A stretch of 64,000 nt of DNA from Guillardia theta CCMP2712 (lineage: Eukaryota; Protista; Cryptophyta): assembly GCF_000315625.1 (NCBI RefSeq), contig NW_005434646.1, forward strand, positions 186,001 to 250,000, in the 5' to 3' direction. Shown in pieces: positions 43,261 through 54,431 of the stretch. Position 1 is the first letter of the stretch. Every line of letters starts with the position of its first letter. The position numbers and the translations under genes are program-made. The notes under the pieces were generated by a model that saw nothing but the letters and a program-made list of their open reading frames with translations, made no database searches and had not been told where the DNA came from.

Positions 43261-44300
43261 ATGTAGAAGGGGACCAAACTGAACGGCCGCAGCGATGTGC
43301 GAGAGAATGTTTCATTTCGAATGGATGCTGACAGCATTCATGGCAGGAGAAGAACAACCTCTGAAGGGGTACAAGGGAAATGCAGCTGCTACATTGAACG
43401 TTGAGTCTGACATGGAACATTGGCGATGGATGTCAAATACACTGAATGATATTTGAATGGAAGACTCGTCGAATCAAACATTGTGATGCTGCAAAATACT
43501 TAGATTACACAACAAGCAAGAGAAAGAGTTGAGGGCTTCACGTCTATAGAGGTAATGAGAATGTAGATCGAGATGAGATCAAGATTGCATTGTACATCCA
43601 ATCGTGGCATGACATATACGGCGTGATGAAAATGGTCGACGGTCGTGTGTATGATCGAAAAGTTGATTGAGTGATATTGCAAAGTTTGAACTGAACATGT
43701 TGAGATCTGTGTGGTGAGAATTGGGATCGATCCACAGAAGATGGTCATACTCCCAACCTTCTACGTGAAGAGAATCATGAAATATCTCAGGCATATACAT
43801 TTTGTGTTCATGTCAAAAGAAGCTTCTGCTGTTGGATTTCGCAATGGGCGGGTCCGATCACAAAGTGACGGTCGACTTCTTGTGTTGAGTTACGATGCTG
43901 AATGAGTAGAGCTTGTACAAGTCCGACACTGATCGCAATAGCGCATGCATTCTCCTCTCACTGGCATCTCCTCTCAAAAACAATGGAGCTGCTGGCTAGG
44001 CACCAGCTAGACCAAGCTCAGAAAGCAGACCCCAAGTAAGAAAACTCTTCCTGCACATGGGAATTCGACTCAGTCACGAGGCAATACAACTTGTCAACTT
44101 TTTCGTGCTTACCTCATCTCATCGTAGACGAAGCAAACAGCCTCCGCCTGTTTACCAGAAATGTCAGCGACAGAGACAGCAACTGTCTCCCACACAGCAG
44201 ATCAGCAGTGCAGAACATACTTGCTCATTTCTCTTCACACCTCCTAGCTCCCAAATGCATGCATGTCCAAACTGGCATACCCAAACTTCCCATACATTCG

Positions 44301-46970
44301 TCACCATTGAAGCCCCCAGCCCCCCTGCGAGGATTGTAGCTCAGAAGCATGGTGCATTTTGTGCAGAGGATTTTTACCTGTGATGAATGAAAGATTTCGG
44401 GGAACTGCTGATACAGAAGGTAGGTGAAGGTTACTGATGATATGGGTCCAAGTAGCATTGAGGACACAGTGGTCAGAAAGGCCCACCCTTGACTGGAATA
44501 ACTGAGAGCTCTCAAGAAAGAAGGGGCTGCTTGCGATGGCGAGAGAGAAGCAGATCTTGCACGTGTCGTTGTTGGGGGGGATGCCGTAGGTTTGCAGCCA
44601 CAGGGCGCCGTCCACCCCGACGCGAAGCTGCTCCGTCACCTGGTAGCAAACCTTCAAGGGTCCAACGAAGTTGGTGCTGCTGGACTCAATGCAGGGCGCA
44701 GCGTTGGGGCATGAGGTGTCGGATGGTCCGCTGCACTGTAGCGAAGAGTTTGCGCACTTGAAAGGATACATCTTCATCAGATCCCACTCTAGCGCGTTCA
44801 GCACGTCGTTCCTCCCCGAGGTGGCGGTGTAGGAGGAGGTACAAGTGTCGTAGCTCGAGTCCCCGCAGGAATACTTATTGCTCTTCCCCACAGGAGGATA
44901 CACATCCCGCGGATATTTGTCAAGGGTGGGGCCTGCGACTGTGAACTTCACGTTGAGGGCCTCCGGAAGGTAGTTGTCATGCGCATGCACGGGAAACTGA
45001 TACAGGGTCCCTGCCTTTGCAAACTCCCTGTTGCAACATTTGTTGTTGGTACAGGCGCAGTTCTCCAAGCCACAACACTCGCAACAAGTCTCAGAGCAGT
45101 CAAGGTACTTCGTCGGTGAGATGAAAGAAGGAGAGGGGTTTGGCAAGGGCGGACGGCTGTATACAAAGAAGCATGATGGGCTCGATCGCAGCGCCTTGAA
45201 GCTAGCTGCTGACCCCACGTCTACCGTGTCCTCTGCTTCAAAGCAGAACTGAAATAGCCCCACCTGCGACAGATCTTCGCATTGTGGCCTCCACGCTATC
45301 TCGATGTAGTTCAAGTTCGATTCCACATGCTGAGTGTACGACACGCCTTTCGGCAAGTCTGTCGACGGAGCGATGTACCGCAGTCTCTGCCCCGTCTCGA
45401 TACACTCTGCTGGCTTAGTGTTGACATCGTTCTGGAAGTACACCTTGAACGTGGGTGTAGTGCTGTTGAATATCCACTGATTCTCTCCGCACTGGATCTG
45501 CACGCTGTTGACATTCGTGGTCGTGAGAGGGAAAGCAAACTTGGGCGCATGCCAGTTCGAGGTCCCCGGAGCCAAGACCTTCACCAAGAAGTCTACTGCC
45601 ACCCCCATCTCCTTGCCTGAGATGTACGTGTACGCTACCACCGTCACCTGAAAAGTCCCTTCCCTGTTCACGTCGAAGTCAAACTGATCTCCTCGGATCC
45701 TCACGGGCAGTGAAGACGTCGACGTCGCTTGTACCTCTGTCAAGGTGCACCGAGCGCTGTCGTATCGCTGCAGCACTGACGGCGGAGCCGTGCCCGAGTA
45801 GCACTTGTACGCTCCCATCTCCCGGATCGTGCCCAATCGATAATCTGAAAACAAGCAGGTCAGGCGAGGTCAAGTACCATATCTAGGGTCATGACTCACA
45901 GATGGGATAGCTCGCCTCTTGATGATATGCTTGCAAGGTAAACGATCGATAGCAACTGCTTGACAGACAAATCGTAGAAGCACAGGCTGAGTTCTCTGTC
46001 TGCGGGGAAGCTGATCGTAACACTGTCACATCGGGCATGTTCCACCGGATCGATGACTTGTACAGCGGCACTGAGCCAGTACTCGGCACCGTCACTGCTG
46101 CTCGCACATGAAATGGCCAGAGCGGGTTATTCTGCACCAAGTAGTCTCCGTTGGTAGCCACGGCTCCTTCCGCTTGTTGCCGGCAGCAGCCCTCGAAATA
46201 TACCTGAAAGCGTCTCACGTCAGTATCGTCTGCGAGGCCCCCGTACCGCCTTCTTCTCCTCTCACCGTGTAGTCTCCTCCGCTCGGAAAGTCCACCTGGA
46301 AAGAGTACCGCGCAAACACGCGTCTATCGAAAGGGTTGGTCGACGACTGTGCCTGGGGCTCGGATATGCGAGTGATCTGGAAAATGTAGAAGTCGTTTGC
46401 TCCCGCCGAGCACGGCGAGACTGGGCAGGAGACGAAGCCTTGAGCAAGCTCAAGCCCTGGCATGTACGTCGCGTCCCCCAGGCCGTAGTACCATCCGATC
46501 CTTCTGTACCTCTGCGGGCCATCGCCCGACAGCGATCCCTTGTACAACCTGGAAGAAACATCAGCATCACTGTGACGGTGCCTTCAAGCCTTGCCTCAGG
46601 TCCTTCACAGCTCCCCCCGTGTTGTTGTAGGTCTGTACGTCTGTTGCCACGGTTTGCAACATGATCGTAGTATCATCACTCAATATGGCCCACGAGCAAT
46701 GCAGCGACACGCCGATCGATCTAGGGTCACTCCTCGCTCTCTCGCATACGCTGGGGAACAGAGGATCATAGAAGCCTCCTGTGAAGTCTTTTGTGTTGCT
46801 TCGGTAGCATGTCTTCCACTCGATCTCGCAGAAACGGTATGTTTGCCCTGCACAACGTCATCAACACCAACATCGAAACATCGCAACGAGCAAGAAACTT
46901 CACCTTGACAAGTCCCCAGCAGGCAGGTTAGGATGACAGCTGCAAGTCCAGACGACGGCCAGCATCGCAT
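44301..46970 (-). pseudogene. 3'-truncated duplicate of the LysM gene, fused to unrelated sequence; reading frame intact
   Basis: Near-identical to the parent as far as SSPFFL (44512), then a new tail ESSQLFQSRVG...GWGLQW*. It lacks the LysM domains. Confidence 0.75.
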
Positions 46971-47049
46971 GCCATGACGACCATCCAGCCCTCTCCTCCT
47001 CCCTCCCTCGCCCTCGCCCTCCTCCTGCATCGCCCGCGCAGGCCGGTGA
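44512..47049. repeat. Segmental duplication, copy 2
   Basis: Direct repeat of 38512-41050. Confidence 0.97.
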
Positions 47050-47759
47050 TAGAGGCTTGTGTCGTGTGCTCACTTTTGACCAGTAACTATCTTTTTTTAC
47101 CTCTCACCCACCTCAAGTAAAGAGACTTCCGGTTTCACTTATGAGGGAACGGTTTCACTGAGTCAACGTTCACCGGGTTATGCCACGGTTGCCCGGGACC
47201 GGCCCGGGCTGAGTAGTTTCAAAGGCTCTGGTCTGCAACCGTTCACTGGCTCGGGTTTTAGTTTTCGGAATCGTACAAGTTGCTTTCCTCAGTGACTCTT
47301 GTAGGCTCAAGTTTCGAGATTCGGCACTCGGAGGCTCATCAAACCGACTCAAGTTAGTAAGGACAGTAGTCAGTGATGATCATGGGTTCGTGCGACTTGA
47401 ATGGTAGCTGCTGGCTTTCAACTTGCGCTGACATTCACGGCCATAGGACGCATCCTACCATTCCGCTTTCGGATTAGAATTAGGTGAGCGATCAAGGAGC
47501 ATCATTGCAACGGGAGTGAAAGGAACCAGACAATGAGACTGGTTGTACCAAAACTCTCAAGTCGGTTGAAGGTTAGTTCCCAGCTCTCGGGTTGTGCATC
47601 CTTCGCTCGCAAGAGAAGCACCCAGGGGTCGAGCAGAGGCTTGCAAGCAGCGATACGTTCGCTTGCTAGGAACAGCTGAGGGAGAAATTGAAACGAGAGT
47701 AACTCAGTGTACCAACACACCAGCCCAGCTTCACTGGAAGCGCAGGCAACATAAGACAC

Positions 47760-48557
47760 TTAGGCAGCGACGCCACTTCTACCAGTCTTGCTGGTGTCAA
47801 CGATGATGCCTCCCTCAGCATCGACCTCGACTGCAAACACGGTGGCCGGAGAGTTCTTGGCGCCTCCGACCTGGAGCAGCATAATTGTTAGGACGAGCAG
47901 CATGCAACAAGCATCAGGTCTACGTTGCCGATGAAGCCTCCAAGAGCCTGAGTGCCAGGGATGCCCAGAACTCCCGTGCTCCACTCCACGCACTTGCCAT
48001 CGTCGAGCTTGAACTTGCTGTAAAACGTAAAACAGGCGGCGGGGGCGGCAGAACAGCACACCTTCCGTGGAACTTGCACTTGATGCAGGGACCATCGTCG
48101 GAGATCTCACCCTGAGAAGCAGTCAACAGCAGCTACAGCAGGCGTCTCGGACTTCACCGTCTTCATGGGAAGACCCAAGTGAGGGCACTTAGGGCTCAGA
48201 GCATACACGGTGCCCTTGTGGTTGACTACCATGACGTCCTGATCGCCGACCTTGGTGATCTTACGCTCGCCTGCGATCCAGTCCACTCAGTCATGCATGG
48301 CAAGGACAGCTGCCTATCGTCGGCACCTGGAGGGATTTCGTTGACGTTTCCGACCTAGAGGACAACAGGGGTCCAAGGCAGGTCAGAGCGCGCAACGAGG
48401 AGGGAGCAGCACAAGAAGCTACCTTCTCTCCCGCCATGCGAGGTCCCCGGAGGCTCAAGGAGCGAGTCTTCATCAGGCTCACTCCTGCTGGAGCGAACCC
48501 GAACGCTCCTGGAACGCATGCCGCGATCGCCGCTCCCACCAGCGCCTTGGAGAGCAT
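47760..48557 (-). CDS. Plastid-targeted soluble Rieske [2Fe-2S] ferredoxin-like protein
   Basis: Bipartite presequence MLSKALVGAAIAACVPGAFGFAP. Spliced Rieske motifs KCPHLGLP and IKCKFHGSKFKLDDGKCVEW. Confidence 0.9.
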
Positions 48558-48871
48558 TTTTATGACACTTAAAGGGGCTGTCCGCCCTCGTCCCCATATG
48601 ACCCACCGCCTTCGGCGAACCGGGCGGGCTCTGGGGCGGGCTGGACTCCCGTGGGTCTGGGTGAAATGGTCGATGCGTCTGCATGGTCACAAGGGACCGT
48701 CTCTGCTCCCGCGCCATGGGCGACAGGGAGGAGGAGGAGGAGGAGAGAAGAGGAGGATGAGGAGAGCGCGGTGAGAGGAAGCGGCACGGGTTTCATCTCG
48801 AAACTGCTCGACTCGCAGAGAGGAGCGGAGAGGAGCTGAAGAAACATGCTGTTGCTTCCTGTCGCTGCTTC

Positions 48872-50287
48872 ATGAGCTCCGATCCGAGAGAGAGGAAGAG
48901 GAGCTCAACGGTGTGCATGGTCAGGGTCAGGGTCAGGGTCAGCCCTTCGCCATGGTATCCTCTCGTGCCCCTCGTTCTATTTTGGTCTTGTGCCATGACC
49001 GCCCTGCCTACCCCCTTCTGGAGAGCGAAGGCGCGCCATAGCAGTCTCTGTCTCCACCTCGTGGGAGGCTTCAGCGCGTCTGAACCTCCTCCTGAGAGAA
49101 ATGCTAGTAACGAATGGGCTAGGAAGCAAGCAGAGAGGTTCAGAAAGAGGATGAACGCGGATCTGCACAAGGCCTCCAGGTCGGGAGACGAGGCCCATGT
49201 CACTAGGCTGCTTCAGAAGGGAGCTCAGGTGAACTATGTGTCTCCCCTTGTCAACGACAATGCCGGGCCCTGGGACATGCAGGGCTGGACTGCCATGCAC
49301 TGCGCTGCCTACTGGGGCCACGCGCAATGTGTGGAGACGTTGTGGGATTGGGGGGCGAGTTTGAGGGCAAGGACCGCGATCCACAACATGACTGCACTGC
49401 ACCTTGCAGCTGTCAACGGGCATGCAGATGTTGTCGACATGCTCTTGGACCGCGGGGCTGAGAAGGATGCGGTGACGTCTGAGCATGATGGGGGGGGGCG
49501 ACGGACGGCAGCGCATCTTGCTGCCATGCACGGTCACCACGTTGTGATCCGCATGCTGTGGCAGTACGAGTTCAACTTCACAGTCGAAGACGCTGCAGGG
49601 ATGAGGGCCGTGGACTATGCGAGGGAGAACCAGGATCAGGAGGGAGTCGCGCTGCTGGAAAGGGCAGAAAGGGGAACGGAGGTGGTACAGCGGCTGACGG
49701 GCAAGGACAAGTCCCGTGTCTACATCAAGGGCAAGTTGCTCGAGGCTGATAAGAGACCCAAGGAAGGCGTTCGAGTCTTCCCCCGCGAGCTCCCGATATG
49801 CTCGGACTCGACGGCCACTGAGTCAGGCTATTCCAAAGGAGGAGGGTACTACCAGAACTACTGCAGCCGTATCGTGTCCAAGTACCCGATCTACGAGCCT
49901 CTGACTTGCACGTCGAGTGCCCCGATGACGGAGTTGGATGGCAAGAAGGTGCCTTACTTCGAGAAGTACTGGCATCCTCGCATGAGCCTCAAGCGCCTGG
50001 GCAGGCAGATGGATATGGGAGAGATGCTTGCGCCGGAGTTCACCTCCTTCCCTTCCACAGCCTCCAAGAGGAGAAGGTCGCAGGACAGCGAGCTGCTGGA
50101 GGGACAAGGCAACGAGGGGCACGAGAGGGGGAGTTCGATACTGGATACCTTGAGGCGAACGCACGAGGAAGTGAAGGAAAACTTGCCAACGGGAGAGCAG
50201 ACGCCTGGCCAGGAGCGGGGGATGTACAACGCGATGCCGTCGTGCAGCGACTCCCTGGAGGAGGAAGGAACATGGGTCCCCAGGTAG
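48872..50287 (+). CDS. Ankyrin-repeat protein with hydrophobic N-terminus (single ORF)
   Basis: GWTAMHCAAYWGH, MTALHLAAVNGHADVVDMLLDRGA and RTAAHLAAMHGH. The N-terminus contains PLVPLVLFWSCAMTA. Confidence 0.85.
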   Translation: MSSDPRERKRSSTVCMVRVRVRVSPSPWYPLVPLVLFWSCAMTALPTPFWRAKARHSSLCLHLVGGFSASEPPPERNASNEWARKQAERFRKRMNADLHKASRSGDEAHVTRLLQKGAQVNYVSPLVNDNAGPWDMQGWTAMHCAAYWGHAQCVETLWDWGASLRARTAIHNMTALHLAAVNGHADVVDMLLDRGAEKDAVTSEHDGGGRRTAAHLAAMHGHHVVIRMLWQYEFNFTVEDAAGMRAVDYARENQDQEGVALLERAERGTEVVQRLTGKDKSRVYIKGKLLEADKRPKEGVRVFPRELPICSDSTATESGYSKGGGYYQNYCSRIVSKYPIYEPLTCTSSAPMTELDGKKVPYFEKYWHPRMSLKRLGRQMDMGEMLAPEFTSFPSTASKRRRSQDSELLEGQGNEGHERGSSILDTLRRTHEEVKENLPTGEQTPGQERGMYNAMPSCSDSLEEEGTWVPR

Positions 50288-50685
50288 GAGATCCTCCTTG
50301 AGCTGTCCGCTGATCATTGAGCCTGCTCCCTACCAGGGACAAAAAAGGAATGCAGGGTGATCCTGAAAAGCAGGAGGTTGAGAAGTAAGAAAATCTCTCG
50401 TTTGCACGTGAAACTAACGCTCTCCCTAGTTTTTGGTCGAATTTTTTGTCATAGAGGAGGCGGCGGAAGGAGGGAAGGAGCAACGAAGAGACGGGGGGAA
50501 GGGGGGAGGTATTGGGAAAGAATGGAGGGAGGTAGAACAGGATAAGTGTTCTCAATTGCTTGCCCATGAAATGCAAATGAGACTTGTATAAATTGGAAGT
50601 GATGTGAAATCGAGATAAGCATTGTCTTGATTTACTGAGAACAAGATAATTTACACCCGCGCGATCGCTCAACCCATTTCTTGGA

Positions 50686-52358
50686 TTAACAAGCTACATC
50701 CCCCCCGGTCAAGTTGGATTCCTGACAGTCGTCGACAGTCAGATCGCACTCTACCAGCTTTACAGCAAAGAATGGGATGATGAAAAGGGAGAGGGAAGAG
50801 GAGGAGGGAGAGGGGGAGGAGGAGGCTGAAGGAGAAACGGACCCTTACCTTCAGCAGTGGCAAGATGTCCTTGAGGAGGAACTCACACTCAGGAAGAACA
50901 GGTTCACTGCAGATATCCCGAGGAGGGCGGACAAGCTCCGCGCATGCCTGAGAGCAAGTCAAGGCTCCTCGTCCTCCTCGCTGCGCATGCGCGCACCCGG
51001 ATCGCCAGCAAGATCTTCTTCTTCTTGGAGACGACCGTCCTTCTTGAGATGCTATCGAACGAATTCTTCTTGAGCTTTGTACCTTTGGTAAGGAGCAGAT
51101 GGTCAGGCAAGCAGGTGTGGAGGGAGAAGGAGGCAGGCAGGCATCGATGATCGATGCTAGAGGGGAGCGAGGTGGTGGGAAAGGACAGAGAGGCAAGCTA
51201 GGCGACAGAAGGATTGGCAGGACAGCAGAAACAGAAGTACAAGGAGTGGAAGGAGGATACATGCATGTTACCGATCTCAGAGTATATCAGACGAGCAGCT
51301 CGGATCGCAACCCGGCACGACAGCGGCAGCATGGAGATCCCATGATCCGCACGTTGGTAGAGCATGTCGGCCCTGACCTGCTCGCCGTTCCCTCCCATCA
51401 GCCACTTCCTCCACCGCACCAACAAACTCACCAGTAGCCTCTCGATCACTCTGGCGAGCCCAGGGCTGTGCCGCGGTTCCCTCAGCAGGTCCTTAGGGTC
51501 AATCCCCTCCTCCCTCAGCCACTCCGAAGGCAAGTAGACCCTCCCATTCCTCGCGTCCTCCCCCACATCGCGCGCGATGTTAGTCAGCTGCATCGCTGCC
51601 CCGAGGTCGAAGGCCCGGGCAAACGTGACTCCGCACTTCCCCCCCATCAGGATGGTCATCATCCCCCCAACGCTCGCAGCCACTCGGGCAGAGTAGGCGA
51701 TCACGTCGCTATAGCTCTCGTACTTCACCTTGTCCAGGTCCCAACGGAATCCCTCCAGCATCGCATCCAGCAGCGACTTTGGGATCTCGAAGGCACGCAC
51801 CACAGCTGAGAACGCTCGGTCCACCTGGTTGTCATTGGGGTTCCCGTCATAGGCATCTGCCAGTCGCTTCTCGAGCAGCTGCAGCCGAAGCTTCGCTCCT
51901 TCCACGTTCCCCTCGTCCACATCATCGTCAGCCTTGCGGCAGAAGGAGTAGAGGGCTATAGCCGGCCCTCGCATCCAGCTAGGGAGGAGGAGGCTGGCGA
52001 GGAAGAAACTCTTCGAACCCACCCTCATGACGTCCTCACAGAAGACCACGTCTGAGTCCCAGGTGGGGTCGTACTGTCTCAGCAGGGAGAGGCGAGCAGC
52101 GAGGTTGTTCGTTTCGTCGCTGTAGATGACATGCCCGAGGAAGCGGATGGCGGAGAAGCCGACAGCGAAGTTGAAGGCGACGTAGAAGAAGTTGGAGATG
52201 ATGATGATGGCGTTGTCGTGAGTTGACTCGATGTAGAGCTTGACAGGATCCCCGATGAAAGACTTGATGATGGAAACGATAACCCACCCGACAAGAGAGT
52301 ACGAGATCAGCCACATCATGAAGATGAGCAGCCTGGCGTTGGATATGCTCTTTGACAT
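50686..52358 (-). CDS. crtB: Phytoene synthase (CrtB type) with two N-terminal hydrophobic helices
   Basis: GSKSFFLASLLLP, ALYSFCRKADDDVD, YSARVAASVG, LGAAMQLTNIARDVGEDARNGRVYLP and ARLIYSEIG. C-terminal exons DSISRRTVV and PVLPECEFLL. Confidence 0.92.
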
Positions 52359-53399
52359 GATGATGCTCGAAGGGGCTAGCCGTCTTCGGATGTCAAGTTG
52401 AGGTTTCTCACAGCCAAAGATTCACGTTGGACCAAGGCTCATCACAGAAGCGGAAGATGGGGGATGAAAGGCGATCCGAGCAAGTGTCCTGGAACAAGAG
52501 AGCAAGTCAGAAGGGCGGGTCGTGGAGATTCGTGGAGGCAAGTACAAGATGAGGCTAGTGGGGAGAGGAGATAGTGTCGAAGGTATGCTGCAGGAGTTTT
52601 CCTTGCATGAACTAGCTAATGCATTGTTGTTTCTATGCTGTTCTCACGCGGAGAACCATCAGGTAATCGATCACGGTAAGCTAAACACCGATGCAATTGG
52701 TACAGGACTATCAGTGGAAGGGAAAACTGATTTTTGTTCTGAGAACAAGTGAGACGTCTGAAGAACAATCTGCCGCTCTGAAAGAAATGGTTCCTTCTAT
52801 ATCAGTACCAGCCAGGACCATACAAGCTTTCGCCGACATGAACGACAGTTTCAGAATTGCCTACTGGTTCAACAGGAGATCTTCAAGTGATATCTCCTTA
52901 GAAATCGTCTACTTTATCTCCGGCATCTATGGAAAGATTGATGTCACACTGTCTACATATTACTCAGGACATTGAAATAGTTGTAGCTATCACAGATTTC
53001 TATCTCATGTTCTCTTCTAATCTTCTTCTCCTCTTCTTCTCCTCTTCTTCTCCTCTTCTTCTCCTCTTCTTCTCCTCTTCTCCTCCTCTTCCTATCTTCT
53101 CCTCTTCACATCCAATCTCATTCTCGTCTTGTTTGCTTCTCGTCATCAAATCGTCTGATCCTCTCGTCATCTCATCGTCTGATCCTCTTGTCGTCCATGT
53201 CGCTTCCCTGCCTCCCCGCTCTTCATCTGAGGCATCGGCCATGCCTTGAGACTCAACTCGTTGGTCGCGTGAGGGGTTCCGGCAAAATGCTATTTGGGTT
53301 GATTTGATGGAAATATTTGTCTCGAATTTGAAAGTTGTAGAAGAAAATATATATTTGGTTCATATTTCACAATTCTGCCCCATCCTTGTGAATTCCGTA

Positions 53400-54360
53400 T
53401 GGAGCTTTTTCATGCACTCCACCCCACCCCCCGAGGAAATGAAGGTACCCTCAAATGATACCTGAACCCCTTCTTTGTACCTTTTACTACCCCGCCAAAT
53501 CATACAACAATAACTGGATATTCTGAAGTACCCACCGATACGACTGGGATTTGTCAGCTACAGGACCCCCCTACCCCCTTATTTGTAGGCATTTGATGCC
53601 TTTAGGACCCCCGACTCGGAACTTGAAAGTCGGACTCTCACGGCACTCGGAGTTCAGTACACCCCCCGGGCCCCGGGCCCGGGGCCCGACTCCCCGGACT
53701 CCGGGCGCCCCGGACTGACCAACTGGCAAGTCCCCGGGCGGATCGCCTATCAATGATTACCCTACCCTACCCCCCAATATCTCTTTTAATTTGGTGGGAT
53801 TACCAGGGGTGATCTGAGAGCCTCACGGCTGACTAGAAGTGGCCCTTTGCCGCTGGAAGGGCCTATTGATGACCCTACCCCTACCCCCTAAAATCCTTGG
53901 ACCCCTACCTCCACCTCACCCCCCTGCTTCACAGGAAGGCACTACCCCCTGCCGAGTCTGACTTTAAAGATTTGCCGCTACTAGTGTCGCAGTGGGTGGG
54001 TGCGTTTTGAGCCCCCGGGCCTCTTTGGAGGCCGTGGAGGGAGGGGGTACTGTAGACCCCTGGTTCTTTGAAGCACAGGGGTGGTGTGTGAGCCACCGTG
54101 TGTACCGCTGGCCCTTAAGGGGTCACGGGTACCATTATTAGGTTAGGGAGGTAGGGGTGTGTCCTCATGAAGGGTAGGGTACGGGCACGGTAGGCCGTGC
54201 AAGGAGCCGAGTCTACGGTCCCTCAGTAGTAATAACGGGTAGTACTCCATTAGTTCAGTAGTGTCTGGATTTCAACGCAGGTGAAAGATAGGGGGTGGGT
54301 GTGCAGGGGGTCATATCTTCAGGGTGGGTGATGATGCAGACTAGGGTAGGGGTGGATGCG
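53400..54360. promoter_or_regulatory. Divergent intergenic region with TACCC/GGGTA-rich and CCGG-rich islands (putative regulatory)
   Basis: Dense CTACCC/GGGTAG copies and a CCCGGG cluster at 53660-53740, between crtB (-) and the ARM gene (+). The function is inferred. Confidence 0.4.
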
Positions 54361-54431
54361 AAGGATCAGTAGTATAGGGTGACAAGAAGGGCCCGGGTTG
54401 GTTCATTTCTGAGTAAAAGTTTCATGCTGGG

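Noticed and set aside
46570-46580. 1-bp deletion in the duplicate as a frameshift
   Set aside because: It falls inside the deduced GC-AG intron, so it does not disrupt coding.
47760-52358. Carotenoid gene cluster (Rieske + crtB)
   Set aside because: The genes are separated by an unrelated ankyrin gene, have apparently different targeting, and no desaturase or cyclase is nearby.
53000-53242. Acidic/basic ORF as crtB exon 1
   Set aside because: Low complexity, and I could not build a convincing spliced path to 52358, so it is left unresolved.
53755-53900. CCCTA repeats as interstitial telomere
   Set aside because: The motifs are dispersed rather than a tandem telomeric array.
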